Source of the DNA: Elusimicrobiota bacterium
Lineage (GTDB): Bacteria; Elusimicrobiota; Elusimicrobia; Elusimicrobiales; UBA9959
DNA: 28,695 nucleotides
Assembly: GCA_037137395.1 (NCBI GenBank)
Contig: JBAXKK010000026.1
Coordinates: 1 to 28,695 of the forward strand
Direction of reading: 5' to 3'
Shown here: one piece after another, positions 9,181 to 19,157 of the stretch
Layout of the letters: the number at the start of each line of letters is the position of its first letter
How positions within the stretch are numbered: the first letter of the stretch is position 1
Program-made: the position numbers and the translations under genes
Notes under the pieces: model-generated
What the model saw: the letters and a program-made list of their open reading frames with translations, nothing else
What the model was told of the DNA's origin: nothing
The model's database searches: none

Positions 9181-10113
9181 CTACAGTTCCGTAATTTCAA
9201 CGCCAGCAGCCAGCGCCTCAGCCTCGCTGCGGGAAATACGGCCCGCTCCGAGAGTCAGGCAATCGGAAGCGGCGCAGCCGGTTGCAAGTTTCAGATTAGC
9301 TTCAAAAGCGAGCCCTCTCATAAAACCGGAGATAAAACCCGCCGTAAAAGAATCTCCTGCGCCGACCGGACTTTCAATCCGCTTGAGCGACACTGACCTG
9401 CACGACCACAATCCGAACTGCGAAACGGCAAGGGTTGAGTGGGGGCCGTTTGTGACTATCAGGGCTTTAAGGCCTCGCGGAGAATATTTATCAAAAGCTC
9501 TGCGGATATTTTTGCGGGATAAACATCCGCCGAACACCTCTTCAAATTCGCTCTTGTTTATCTTGACCAGATCGACCCCGGCCAAAATTCCTTCCATCAG
9601 TGGCTCGCCGCTGGTGTCGAATACCGTGAAACAGCCGGCTTTTTTAAGCCCAAGCGTCAGACGGGCGTGAAAACCTTTTTTTATCCCCACAGACACTCTG
9701 CCGCATACGGCGGCCACCTGGAAGTCGCCGGCCGCTTCCGCAAGTTTCCTGAGCAGCAGGGACTGGGCCGCGGGCGGAACCGCGGGACCCTCCTCGTTTA
9801 TATCCATGGAAAGACCGCGGGAGTCAACGATGGAATAACAGATGCGTGATTCGCCTGAGGAATGACTGACCAGAAGGTCGGGTGAATTATTGTCCGTCAT
9901 GTTTTCTTTTATCCAGCGTCCGTTATAGCCGCTGACAAAACCGGCGATAACGGGCCGGCAGCCCAGCTCTTTAAGAGCCCGGGCCACGTTCACGCCTTTC
10001 CCGCCAGGCTGGGTAAGGGTGTCAGCGAAGCGATAAATTCGGTCAGGCCTGAAGACGGACACCTTTGCCGTCTTATCTATGGCCAGATTAAGATTCACGA
10101 TAAGAGTTTTCAT
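9181..10113 (-). CDS. 1-phosphofructokinase family hexose kinase (PfkB family)
   Basis: NLAID, PGGKGVNVARAL, DTSG, KIN..E, VGAGDSFTAG PfkB signatures. Confidence 0.9.
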   Translation of the reverse strand: MKTLIVNLNLAIDKTAKVSVFRPDRIYRFADTLTQPGGKGVNVARALKELGCRPVIAGFVSGYNGRWIKENMTDNNSPDLLVSHSSGESRICYSIVDSRGLSMDINEEGPAVPPAAQSLLLRKLAEAAGDFQVAAVCGRVSVGIKKGFHARLTLGLKKAGCFTVFDTSGEPLMEGILAGVDLVKINKSEFEEVFGGCLSRKNIRRAFDKYSPRGLKALIVTNGPHSTLAVSQFGLWSCRSVSLKRIESPVGAGDSFTAGFISGFMRGLAFEANLKLATGCAASDCLTLGAGRISRSEAEALAAGVEITEL

Positions 10114-10239
10114 AAGTGTTAAACTACACTAGACTAGCATTTTTAACCCGGAAAATAAATTTCGCGCCGCAGCTTTTAGCCGCATGATAATTCCCGGCTT
10201 TAACGCGGCGTCCGCGCATGTATTGTATAATTTGAATAT

Positions 10240-12462
10240 ATGAGGAAACTACTACGGCTCTCAGCCTGGGGATTGGCGCTCGCGCTGACCGCGGCCCTTA
10301 CCGCCTTCCTTATCCTCAAATTCTACTTCACACCGGACCGAATCAGAAAACTGGCGCTGCAATACGCCGAACAAAATCTTCGGCGCGAGATAAGCCTGGA
10401 CGCGGCCGCGCTCAACTTGCGCGGTTTCTCGCTTAAGAACCTTAAGGTGGCGGAAGCCGGGGGATTTAAAAAAGGAGTGTTCCTTTCAGCGGAAGACTTC
10501 AGCATCCGCCCGGATTTCAAGGCTCTGCTCAAAAAAGAACTCCAGATAAATTCAATCCGCGCTTCAGGCGTGACTGTTAATATACTACAGGTAAAAAAAG
10601 ACGATTATAATTTCTCGGATCTTCTCGTAGGCCCGCGGCCGGAAGCCGCCAGAAAGCCGGCTCAGAGCGGCCAGGCAAAACCCATTAACCTCAGCGTCTC
10701 AAATATAAGCGTCATAAACTCCCGTATAGTCTACGCCAACGCCGACCGCTCCGTCGCCGTAAACCTTTCCGGCCTGAACCTGTCGGCAAAATCGCTTACC
10801 TCCGGAGAGATGTTTCCTTTTGAAGCCGGCTTTACGCTCGTCTTAAAATCCTCCGCCCTGGCAGGCGAATTCCCGGTCTATGCCAGGGGACTGGCAGCTC
10901 TTGGCGGCTGGGACCTTAAAAAAGGCCGGGCCGAGATAGAGCGCGCGACGCTAAAGGCCGGCAAGATCTCCTGTGAGTTAAAAGGGAGCCTTGAGAATCT
11001 GATAGAGCCTGACGCCAAAATCTCGCTGCGCGTAAAGGCCTTTTCCAGCACTGACCTTAAACCTTATTTCCCGGGGATCCCGGCGCGCATCCTGCTGCCC
11101 GCGCTGGCGGCCGACGCGGCCTTCAAGCTCACATCCGGCGACCTGCTGCTCAAAAAGCTGGAGTTTAAGGCCGGCCCGGCTCAAGGCGCGGTCAAGGGCC
11201 GCCTTGCCTGGAACCCGGTCTTTGATTACGCCCTGGCGGTAGAGGTGAAAGGCCAGACGCCCGAGTTGGATACCACTGAAGTGGCAAGAAAATTCCGTTC
11301 CACTCCAAAAAATATAAAGATACCACTGGCCGACATCAGCGCGAGCTTTACTGTTTCTTCTAAAAAAGTGCGCCTCCTGGCCGCCAGCGTAGCGGCGAAG
11401 AGCCTTAAGGCCTCAGCCGCCGGCGAGTTTACCATGGCCCCGCAGCTTACAGCTTCCGGCAGCCTGAAATTGAGCGCTGGCAACCTGCACGACTTTGGGG
11501 AGATGATGCCGCAGCTGAAGGGATATGATCTCACAGGTTCGGCCGCGGGAGATTTCCTTTTCACTATGACAAAAACCGCGGACCTGCGCGGCCGACTCAG
11601 CTTTAGCGGCGTCGGCGCCACGGCGTTCGACACCCGGCTCTCGGAAATTACGGGCTCGGCCGATTTTTCAAAGGAGCTGCTAAAGGCGGACGCGGCCGGC
11701 AAAATGCAAGGTTCGCCTTTGAAAGCGACCTTGACGGTAAAAAACTATTCCACTCACGCCCAGGCGGTGTTGAACGCTGACCTGACCTCTCTGACCCTCA
11801 AACCGGCCGCGGCCACCGGCGGACAAACACCCGCAACCGCTGCCGGAGCTAAAAAAGCCGGGGCAGCCGGCAAGCCGTTCAGCTTTGACCTGACGGGCAA
11901 AACCAGGCTTGGGGCGATCATCCATCCAAATTTCAAGGGCGGGGAAACTGCCGTAAAATACGATCTCAAGAACATCTCCTCAGATTTGAGCGGGCTCTCC
12001 GGCTCCGCCTCCTTCAGCGTCGCCGGCGGAGAGCTTGACGATATCCAGCAGTTCACCAAAAATTCCGCCATGGCCCGGATAGTTTTTTACCCGTTTCTGG
12101 TCCTGGGTAAGGCCGCCAAGATAGTAACGGCCTTAAAGCTGCCCGATTTTAACAAGATTAAATTCACCCGGATGGAGGGCGATTACACCTTCCGCGGCGG
12201 CGTCATGAAGATAGAAAAGTCCCAACTCCGCGCCGACGCGGCGGACGCCGACTCCTCCGGCAGCATCAACCTGGTCAACGACACACTGGACCTGAATGTG
12301 ATAACAACTCCCAAGGCCGGCATAAGCCTGCCGGTCCCGATCGGAGTGATAATAAAAGGTCCTTTCAGTAATCCGTCCGTAAAGCCCGATGTTTCAGCCA
12401 TATTAAAGCAGCCGGTCCTAAAGGACTCGGTGCAGAAACTTCTTAAAGGACTTTTTAAATGA
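10240..12462 (+). CDS. AsmA family protein
   Basis: N-terminal membrane anchor, beta-taco-like repeats, C-terminal AsmA-like segment (F..MEGDYTFRGGVMKI...GSINL...IKGPFSNP). Confidence 0.8.
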   Translation: MRKLLRLSAWGLALALTAALTAFLILKFYFTPDRIRKLALQYAEQNLRREISLDAAALNLRGFSLKNLKVAEAGGFKKGVFLSAEDFSIRPDFKALLKKELQINSIRASGVTVNILQVKKDDYNFSDLLVGPRPEAARKPAQSGQAKPINLSVSNISVINSRIVYANADRSVAVNLSGLNLSAKSLTSGEMFPFEAGFTLVLKSSALAGEFPVYARGLAALGGWDLKKGRAEIERATLKAGKISCELKGSLENLIEPDAKISLRVKAFSSTDLKPYFPGIPARILLPALAADAAFKLTSGDLLLKKLEFKAGPAQGAVKGRLAWNPVFDYALAVEVKGQTPELDTTEVARKFRSTPKNIKIPLADISASFTVSSKKVRLLAASVAAKSLKASAAGEFTMAPQLTASGSLKLSAGNLHDFGEMMPQLKGYDLTGSAAGDFLFTMTKTADLRGRLSFSGVGATAFDTRLSEITGSADFSKELLKADAAGKMQGSPLKATLTVKNYSTHAQAVLNADLTSLTLKPAAATGGQTPATAAGAKKAGAAGKPFSFDLTGKTRLGAIIHPNFKGGETAVKYDLKNISSDLSGLSGSASFSVAGGELDDIQQFTKNSAMARIVFYPFLVLGKAAKIVTALKLPDFNKIKFTRMEGDYTFRGGVMKIEKSQLRADAADADSSGSINLVNDTLDLNVITTPKAGISLPVPIGVIIKGPFSNPSVKPDVSAILKQPVLKDSVQKLLKGLFK

Positions 12463-13367
12463 ACTTCAATTCAGCGCGTTGTTTCGCTGCCGCTATGCCG
12501 CTATGTCTTTTTCTGAGCGGATGTCTTTTTAATAAAACATACGAGGCCAGATTGACCAGCGAGCCGTCAATAGAGCGCGCCTTTGATATTCTGACACGCA
12601 CGCCGGAAGGGAAGCCGCTGGTCAGTTTCCTGCTCAAGAATCCGGTAAAGTTCGAATACAGCAACACCCCCGGCTTCTGCCATAAATTCTCACTAAAAAC
12701 CGGCATGATATACCTGCCGAAGGAATATAAGGCATCCGACACACTGCTGACACTGACTCTGGCCCGGGCCGCCTATATCTACCGGCTCTACGCGATGAGT
12801 GGGCTCCAGGAAGTAATCTCCGAGGAGGAGGAACTGGCGGCGCTATTTCAGGCGCGGGTCGAACTTGAGATAGGTCTGGCCAACAGGGATTCAGAGCGGA
12901 AGCTTTTCGCCGGTAAAATGCAGTCCGACTTATTATGCACCTACATCATGGAAGGTTCAAGGTCCGCCGCCTTAGCCGCGCGCAACACCGCCTTATCCTC
13001 GCAGCCGGAGTGTCAGAGGCCGCTTGAAACGCTCCAGACGCAGCGGGTTTGGCTGGAAAAGATAAAAGAGTCAATAAACGGAGAATCTTTTTTTCAGCTT
13101 CTATACGACAGGGATCTGGAGAAGGTGCGAAAGGGCGTCATGACTATAAACGCGGCCATGAAAAATGACGCAATTGTAAGAGCGATGCCGACCTACGAGA
13201 TATACCGCTACCAGCGCACGTTTTACGACAACCAGAGCGACATCTTCACGCGAATGGAAAAGCTTTACCTCGCCGCTTTAAAAGACGATGAGATTTGGCG
13301 CAGCGCCAATCAGCCGATCATAGACCGGGCGCGCGAAGAGCTCTCCACCTGTAATCTGCCGGAATGA
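12459..13367 (+). CDS. Hypothetical lipoprotein
   Basis: 302-aa ORF overlapping asmA by ATGA; lipobox-like LFLSG-C; no recognised domain. Confidence 0.7.
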   Translation: MNFNSARCFAAAMPLCLFLSGCLFNKTYEARLTSEPSIERAFDILTRTPEGKPLVSFLLKNPVKFEYSNTPGFCHKFSLKTGMIYLPKEYKASDTLLTLTLARAAYIYRLYAMSGLQEVISEEEELAALFQARVELEIGLANRDSERKLFAGKMQSDLLCTYIMEGSRSAALAARNTALSSQPECQRPLETLQTQRVWLEKIKESINGESFFQLLYDRDLEKVRKGVMTINAAMKNDAIVRAMPTYEIYRYQRTFYDNQSDIFTRMEKLYLAALKDDEIWRSANQPIIDRAREELSTCNLPE

Positions 13368-13415
13368 GCGACGCCGGATTTGACTTACTCAGTTCGCTAT
13401 TTATATTATTACGTT

Positions 13416-13781
13416 ATGCCGACTCAATACGCCATCTGTCTTGTCACCGTCGGTGACGAAAAAACCGCTTCTTTAATCGCCGGGGGCCTTGTAGAGGGGA
13501 AATTAGCCGCCTGCGTTTCGGTGATAGAGAATGTCGCGTCCACTTACCGCTGGAAGGGCAAGGTGGAAAAATCCAGGGAATTCCTGCTGGTCATAAAAAC
13601 AAGGAAGAAACTTGCCGAGGATGTGGAACAATTCGTCAAGCGCAACCACACCTACACCGTGCCTGAAATAATATTCCTGGACATAAACCAGGGCAGCAGG
13701 GAATACCTGGACTGGCTTGGCGCCAACACGCTGTTCACTACTAATATTCCCAGGGATAAAGCCGGAAGGATCATATTATGA
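13416..13781 (+). CDS. cutA: Divalent-cation tolerance protein CutA
   Basis: LVEGKLAACV, STYRWKGKVE..E.LLVIKT, HTYTVPEI, YLDWL. ATG at 13416 preferred over TTG at 13380. Confidence 0.93.
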   Translation: MPTQYAICLVTVGDEKTASLIAGGLVEGKLAACVSVIENVASTYRWKGKVEKSREFLLVIKTRKKLAEDVEQFVKRNHTYTVPEIIFLDINQGSREYLDWLGANTLFTTNIPRDKAGRIIL

Positions 13782-14038
13782 AAAACATACTCAATGTGGT
13801 AGTCGTGATAGTGGTGGGCTCACTCCTGGGCCTGTTCATTAATAAACTCGGCAATTTCTGGTTCCCGGTCGGAAATATAAACAGCCTCCTCAACACAGGG
13901 CTCAACACCGGCCTAAACCCTACCACGCTGGATCTGAATCTGGTGGAATTTACCGTAGGGTTGGTCTTCAAATTCAATATCTCAAGCATCGCCGGCATCT
14001 TTGTTTCCGCGATTATCTACAAGCAGCTTATAAAATAG
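13778..14038 (+). CDS. Small membrane protein (DUF4321-like)
   Basis: Two hydrophobic segments with TTLDLNLVEFTVGL.FKFNISSIAGI pattern; ATGA overlap with cutA. Confidence 0.7.
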   Translation: MKNILNVVVVIVVGSLLGLFINKLGNFWFPVGNINSLLNTGLNTGLNPTTLDLNLVEFTVGLVFKFNISSIAGIFVSAIIYKQLIK

Positions 14039-14050
14039 AGAACCGGAAAA

Positions 14051-14644
14051 ATGGCAATCGCAAAACTCATCCTCGCCTCAGAGTCCCCCAGGCGCGCGCG
14101 CCTTTTAAAAGAGGCGGGCATAAGCTTTTCAGTTATACCCAGCCATATTAAAGAAATAGCCACTTTTAAGAAGCCCGAGCTGATAGTGAAGGAGCTCGCT
14201 TATAAGAAAGCTCTAAGCGTGGCCCTGAAAAATCCGGACAGGCCGGTCCTGGGTTCAGACACCATAGTTTTCTGCAAGGGCAAAGTGCTGAATAAACCTA
14301 AGCACAAAGCCGACGCTATGCGGCTTCTGCGGCTTCAGAACGGATCGTGGCAGACCGTCTACACCGGAGTTTCGCTGCTGTGGCTGGAAAAAGGCGTGTT
14401 TCTTTGCGGCTTCGGAGCCTCGCGCTGCAAGGCCCGAAAACTAAGCGAAGCCGCTCTCGAAGATCTCGCTTCAAAGCACCCGGACAAAGCCGGCGCCTAC
14501 GCCGTGCAGGATGCGGAAGACGAATTTATAGAGAAAATAGAAGGGCGTTTTGACACGGTAGTGGGACTCTCGATGGACCTGGTGCGCAAGTTCCTGAAAA
14601 AAGCGAGGACAAGTCAGAAAATTGTTCTCATCAAAACCGTTTAA
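14051..14644 (+). CDS. maf: Maf family nucleoside triphosphate pyrophosphatase
   Basis: LILASESPRRARLL, LGSDTIV, KP, DKAGAYAVQ, IEG.FDTVVGL. Confidence 0.93.
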   Translation: MAIAKLILASESPRRARLLKEAGISFSVIPSHIKEIATFKKPELIVKELAYKKALSVALKNPDRPVLGSDTIVFCKGKVLNKPKHKADAMRLLRLQNGSWQTVYTGVSLLWLEKGVFLCGFGASRCKARKLSEAALEDLASKHPDKAGAYAVQDAEDEFIEKIEGRFDTVVGLSMDLVRKFLKKARTSQKIVLIKTV

Positions 14645-14656
14645 CTTCCGATATCT

Positions 14657-15064
14657 ATGTATAAAATAAAAAAAACCTTTAACCTAGCCTACGGGCACAG
14701 GCTTCTCAACCATAAAGGGAAGTGCAAGAACCTGCACGGACACAACGGCCTGGTGGAAGTCACTTTGAAAGCCGAAACGCTCAACCATGAAAAAATGGTG
14801 ATGGACTTCACCGCGCTGGGTACTGCGGTTAAGGCCTGGCTGGATCTCAACCTTGACCACAAGGTTATACTTTCAAAGAACGATCCGCTGCTGAAGATAC
14901 TCAGGAAGGAAAATCAGGCCTGCTTTGAAACCGCCCTGAACCCGACTGCCGAAATACTGGCCGAACTTATTTTCAAGTCCCTGAAAAAATCCGGTTTAAA
15001 AATTGATGAAGTCGCTTTTTGGGAAACGCCCACGTCCATGGCGAGTTATAGAATTAAGGATTAA
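14657..15064 (+). CDS. queD: 6-carboxy-5,6,7,8-tetrahydropterin synthase
   Basis: GHRL..HKGKCKNLHGHN, MVMDF, LDH, NPTAE, WETPTS. Confidence 0.92.
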   Translation: MYKIKKTFNLAYGHRLLNHKGKCKNLHGHNGLVEVTLKAETLNHEKMVMDFTALGTAVKAWLDLNLDHKVILSKNDPLLKILRKENQACFETALNPTAEILAELIFKSLKKSGLKIDEVAFWETPTSMASYRIKD

Positions 15065-15072
15065 GTTTCAGC

Positions 15073-15128
15073 CTTACAACTTACGACTTATCACTTACCA
15101 CTTATCACTTACTACTTACCACTTACAA
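15073..15128 (+). repeat. Heptamer tandem repeat (CTTAYNA x8)
   Basis: CTTACAA CTTACGA CTTATCA CTTACCA CTTATCA CTTACTA CTTACCA CTTACAA between queD and trxB. Confidence 0.9.
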
Positions 15129-15141
15129 CTGAGACCTTATT

Positions 15142-16089
15142 ATGTCCGAAACCAATAACCATTACCAGATAGTGATCATCGGCTCGGGACCAGCGGGGTT
15201 CACGGCGGCTATCTATGCCGCCCGCGGGGGGGCCAGGACGGCGCTTCTCGGCGGAATAGCTCCGGGCGGACAACTTCTCCTGACCACCGAAATAGAGAAT
15301 TTTCCGGGATTCATCGACCCCATGGTCGGAGCGGACCTCATGGAAAGAATGCTTAAGCAGGCTAAGCGCCTCGGAGCCGAAGTATTCACCGAGGACGCCG
15401 TTTCCGTAGATCTATCAGTACGGCCCTTCTCCGTCACCACGGCTTTCGGGCGCGTATACACGGCTGACGCGCTGATCGCGGCTACCGGAGCGCGTGCCAG
15501 ATGGACCGGGATTCCTTCAGAGCAGAAATTTATAGGCAAAGGCGTATCCGGTTGCGCCACCTGCGACGGATTCTTCTACCGGGGCAGGGAAGTATGCGTC
15601 ATCGGGGGAGGGGATACCGCCGTTGAGGACGCCCTGTTCCTGACCAAGTTCGCCAGCAAGGTCTATATGGTGCACCGCCGCGACAAATTGCGCGCAAATT
15701 TCCGCCTGCAGGAAAAGCTCAGGAACAATCCGAAAGTTGAAATAATTTACGACAGCGTCCTGGAAGAAGTTCAGGGCGACGACAGGGTTAAAGCGGCGCG
15801 GATAAAAAACGTGAAGACGGGTTTAACCCGCATCCTGCCCACGCCCGGAGTCTTCATCGCAATAGGCTATGACCCGGCCACCGGAATATTTAAAGGAAAA
15901 CTGAAAACGGACGATTCGTCCTATATAGTGACTGCTGACCGCTCCCGCGCTTCCGTAGAGGGAGTTTTCGCCGCGGGGGACATCATTGACCCGTTTTACA
16001 AGCAGGCCATCGTGGCCGCGGGCTCAGGCTGCAAAGCCGCCATGGAAGCCTTAAAATACCTGGAAGAAATAAAAGATAAAACTATATAG
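15142..16089 (+). CDS. trxB: Thioredoxin-disulfide reductase
   Basis: IIGSGPAGFTAAIY, GGQL...EIENFPG, GVSGCATCDG, GGGDTAVEDA, HRRD, GVFAAGD. Confidence 0.97.
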   Translation: MSETNNHYQIVIIGSGPAGFTAAIYAARGGARTALLGGIAPGGQLLLTTEIENFPGFIDPMVGADLMERMLKQAKRLGAEVFTEDAVSVDLSVRPFSVTTAFGRVYTADALIAATGARARWTGIPSEQKFIGKGVSGCATCDGFFYRGREVCVIGGGDTAVEDALFLTKFASKVYMVHRRDKLRANFRLQEKLRNNPKVEIIYDSVLEEVQGDDRVKAARIKNVKTGLTRILPTPGVFIAIGYDPATGIFKGKLKTDDSSYIVTADRSRASVEGVFAAGDIIDPFYKQAIVAAGSGCKAAMEALKYLEEIKDKTI

Positions 16090-16126
16090 CCTATGGCGGG
16101 CGCGGCGCCCTTATGGCTTATGGCAC

Positions 16127-16158
16127 AATTCTTAAATTGCTAATGCAATTCAAGAATT
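16127..16158. terminator. Hairpin between convergent trxB and glpK-like genes
   Basis: AATTCTTAAATTGC-TAAT-GCAATTCAAGAATT, 14-bp stem with one mismatch. Confidence 0.55.
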
Positions 16159-17647
16159 AAGCGTGCGGGAGCATGTTCAGTTTGCGCAGGTCGGAACTGG
16201 TCTTGCGGATATTTTTCACGAATCCGCGCCAGCCTTTTATCAGGTTGGCCCGTTCAGCGTCGGAGATAGCGGGGGTAAATTCTTTCGAAACTTTCATCTT
16301 GCGGGGCAGTTCTACGCCTACGGCCCGGGCCGCCCCGATGGCGGCGCCCAGCGCAGTGGCTTCAGTGTCTTCCATGCGCAGGACTTTCGCTCCCGTAATA
16401 TCCGCCTGAAATTGCAGCAGCCAATCCACGTTGGAAAGGCCTCCGGAAGCCCGGATCTCGGAAATATTAATTCCTTTTTTTCTGATCAGGTCCAGCGAGT
16501 CTCCCACCATGTAAGCGATACCCTCCACCATGCCGCGCACGACATCATGCTTGTCGGTATGGGGGGAAAAGCCGGCAAAAGTAGTGAAGGTCGAAAAATC
16601 CCAGTAAGGGGAGCCTATACCGCCTATGGCCGGCAGACACATAAGGCGGTTGCGGGAAAGCCGGCACATCGCGTCGACCTCCGACAGCTCGCTGAATATG
16701 CCGAATTTCACCTTCAGCCATTCAAGCGCGGTGGCCGCCGAATTAACAGTGCTCTCAAGAAAGTAACAGGGCGCTTTAGCCCCGGCTTCCTGCCAGCCGA
16801 TGGAATTAAGCACGCCGTGTATTTTCACCAGCTTGGAACCCGTGTTCACCAGCAAAAACGCTCCGGTTCCGTAGTTCAGCGCGGCCGAGCGCTCAGAACT
16901 CACATCCAGCCCCAGCAGCGCCGCCTGCTGGTCGCCCAGGACGGCGCGCACCGGGATAGTAAAGTCTTCAATTTTTATTTTACCGAAATCGCCTATCGTC
17001 GGCAGCACCGCCGGCAGCTGCCCGGAGCTCAAACCGAACGCCTCCAAAAGTCCGGAGTCCCATTTAAGCTTCTTTATGTTGAAAAGCAAAGTCCGCTGGG
17101 CCTGCGTCGGATCCAGGGCGAAGATCTTTCCTTTTGAAAGATGCCAGAGTATAAAGCCGGAGACCGGGGAGATGAGCAGTTTTCCCGCCGCGGCGGCCGT
17201 TTTCACTTCCTGAATATTCTCAAGGCACCATTTTATTTTGGCCGCGGAATAGTACGGCGTCTTATAAAGCCCGGTCAGTTCGTGGATTGCGGTGTTGGAG
17301 ACAGGGACCTTCGCCAGCTCTCCCTGGGCGCGGCCATCCTGCCAGCTCAGCGCCGGGGCGCAGGGCACGCCTGTCTCCTTATCCCAGAGGACCACTGTGG
17401 AGCGCTGCGCCGCCAGGCCCATAGCCTTAACCACGGCTCCCTCGGGCAGCTTCGCCAGCACTTCCCTCAGGCTGTCGGTCTGGCTTTTAAGAAGCTCCAT
17501 CCCGTCGTATTGCGCGTGTCCCGGCTGCGGATAACTGAGGGCTATTTTTTTCTGGGCTTTAAAGCGGATATTTCCTTCAAGGTCGAAGGCCAGCGCCCTT
17601 GAGCTGGAACTGCCCTGGTCCAGGACTATGATAAATTCTTCTTTCAT
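16157..17647 (-). CDS. glpK: FGGY family carbohydrate kinase, glycerol kinase-like
   Basis: LDQGSSSSRA, QRSTVVLWD, WQDGR, GDQQAAL, YGTGAFLL, GIGSPYWD, EATALGAA. Divergent from canonical GlpK, so the substrate is uncertain. Confidence 0.75.
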   Translation of the reverse strand: MKEEFIIVLDQGSSSSRALAFDLEGNIRFKAQKKIALSYPQPGHAQYDGMELLKSQTDSLREVLAKLPEGAVVKAMGLAAQRSTVVLWDKETGVPCAPALSWQDGRAQGELAKVPVSNTAIHELTGLYKTPYYSAAKIKWCLENIQEVKTAAAAGKLLISPVSGFILWHLSKGKIFALDPTQAQRTLLFNIKKLKWDSGLLEAFGLSSGQLPAVLPTIGDFGKIKIEDFTIPVRAVLGDQQAALLGLDVSSERSAALNYGTGAFLLVNTGSKLVKIHGVLNSIGWQEAGAKAPCYFLESTVNSAATALEWLKVKFGIFSELSEVDAMCRLSRNRLMCLPAIGGIGSPYWDFSTFTTFAGFSPHTDKHDVVRGMVEGIAYMVGDSLDLIRKKGINISEIRASGGLSNVDWLLQFQADITGAKVLRMEDTEATALGAAIGAARAVGVELPRKMKVSKEFTPAISDAERANLIKGWRGFVKNIRKTSSDLRKLNMLPHA

Positions 17648-18939
17648 GGCAGAGGTCCGCCGCTCTTTTTAACATGCAGGTCAAAAACATGGGATTTCTC
17701 GGCGTGACGGCGGAGCTTTTGTCGGGCCGGCTCAGGCACAGCGGGGTCATCCATCAGCAGCACGATATTTTTAAGCGTCAGGCCCAGCGCTCTCTGGTAC
17801 AGGTCAAATTCGTTCAGCACGCCGATCACGGCCGACCGGTCGCGGAACTCCCATTTCTCGGCGCGGTGAATATCCACGGCATATTTTTTACCGGCCATCC
17901 CCCCGGCGCCTTCGGAAATGTTAATGATCTTAGCCTTCACATCCTCTATCTGGGCGTTCAGCTCATCCATCTTTTCGCGGAGATGACCGTAGCGGTCCAC
18001 CAGCTCCTCCACCAGGCTCGCGTCCGCGGCGGCGCGCGCGACGGGGGGGGCGCAATGGCTCCGGCCGCCGTAATAATGCGGACATAATTTCTTGTAGTCG
18101 CACCACAGGCACTGCCTCTCGCCGGGCGTGGGGTCGTACTTCAGGCCGCGGATATTATCGGCCACGCCCAGCACCCGCTCCCAGAAACCGCCTATCTCGG
18201 CGTCCTCGGCGCGGTCAAAATGATATTCCTTAAGGGTAGGCACGTGGTAATAAAGCATCTGCTTTATCCTGACGCCGGCAACGCGGTCGCCGTAGGTTTC
18301 CTGAACGCGCTCGCGCAGGCGCGGGTCAAGCTCGCAGATCTTCTGGTACATATAAAGCTGCGCCGGCTGGCGCTTTACGTCCTTACCCGTCTTGTAGTCC
18401 ACCAGGATTATCTCGCCGTTGCCCTGATATTCAATTTTGTCGGCTATGATCCGCACCAGAAGCCCGTCCACTTCCACGTCGGTGCTGTATTCCAGCAGAA
18501 AGGGGAGCTTAAACTTACCCTCATGATGGCGATAATAATTCTTAAGCATCTCCATGCCTTTGCGGTAATCCTCTTCTTCCCTGGAAGGGTCTTTGTAGCC
18601 TTTTTCCAGGTAGGATTTGAGACCCCAGTCCTTTTTAAAAGCTTCAAGCAGATCATCTATGCCGGGGAACGGCGGGGCTTTCACCGCGTAGAGGAATTCC
18701 ATCGCGTGATGTATGCTGTTACCGAAAGCGAAGTAGTATTTGGGCTCTTCTTTTATTTTGTCGATATACTTGAATTTATATTTAAGAGGACATTCCTCGT
18801 AGAGGGACATCTTGGAGTAGGAGAAGGAAAGCAGGCCTTTTGAATTTTTTTTCGGCTCACCGCCGGCGGGTTTTACCGGCAGCGCCGCGCCGAAAAGCCC
18901 CGGCTCGCCAGCGCTTTCTTTTTTTACGGATTTTTTCAT
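17644..18939 (-). CDS. PD-(D/E)XK nuclease family protein (RecB/AddB/Cas4-like, probable 4Fe-4S cluster) with C-terminal coiled-coil extension
   Basis: SYSKMSLYEECPLKY, FGNSIH, E...IADKIE...LVDYKTG, QLYMY, CLWCDYKKLC. ATG at 18939 preferred because the track start (18960) lies in the duplicated tRNA end. Confidence 0.85.
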   Translation of the reverse strand: MKKSVKKESAGEPGLFGAALPVKPAGGEPKKNSKGLLSFSYSKMSLYEECPLKYKFKYIDKIKEEPKYYFAFGNSIHHAMEFLYAVKAPPFPGIDDLLEAFKKDWGLKSYLEKGYKDPSREEEDYRKGMEMLKNYYRHHEGKFKLPFLLEYSTDVEVDGLLVRIIADKIEYQGNGEIILVDYKTGKDVKRQPAQLYMYQKICELDPRLRERVQETYGDRVAGVRIKQMLYYHVPTLKEYHFDRAEDAEIGGFWERVLGVADNIRGLKYDPTPGERQCLWCDYKKLCPHYYGGRSHCAPPVARAAADASLVEELVDRYGHLREKMDELNAQIEDVKAKIINISEGAGGMAGKKYAVDIHRAEKWEFRDRSAVIGVLNEFDLYQRALGLTLKNIVLLMDDPAVPEPARQKLRRHAEKSHVFDLHVKKSGGPLP

Positions 18940-18951
18940 ATTAAATTTAAT

Positions 18952-18969
18952 TGCCCCCACCAGGAATCG
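18952..18969 (-). repeat. 18-bp direct duplication of the tRNA-Arg 3' end
   Basis: TGCCCCCACCAGGAATCG at 18952-18969 is identical to 19158-19175. Confidence 0.9.
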
Positions 18970-19157
18970 GCCACAGGTTCTCGGCCCGCCGTCGCGGCCC
19001 GAGCCCTTCGGCCCCGCCTCGTGGACCTGATTGCCTGAATTGTGTCCTTTGTAATGCAGAACTATGGCTAAAGTCCACCCGCGTACTCGCTCGCCAACAC
19101 TCCGGCTTTCGATTCCTGACGCGAGACAAGCAGTTGTCTCGCTGTGGGAAAATTAAG

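Noticed and set aside
15073..15128. CRISPR array (also 4383-4481 and 26610-26701)
   Set aside because: 7-nt tandem units with no 25-45-bp repeats or unique spacers; no cas operon.
16163..17137. 324-aa plus-strand ORF and other long antisense ORFs (17141-17602, 18220-18843, 8513-8995, 9146-9670, 21921-22490)
   Set aside because: They lie antisense to well-supported genes and have no recognisable motifs; typical shadow ORFs in GC-rich DNA.
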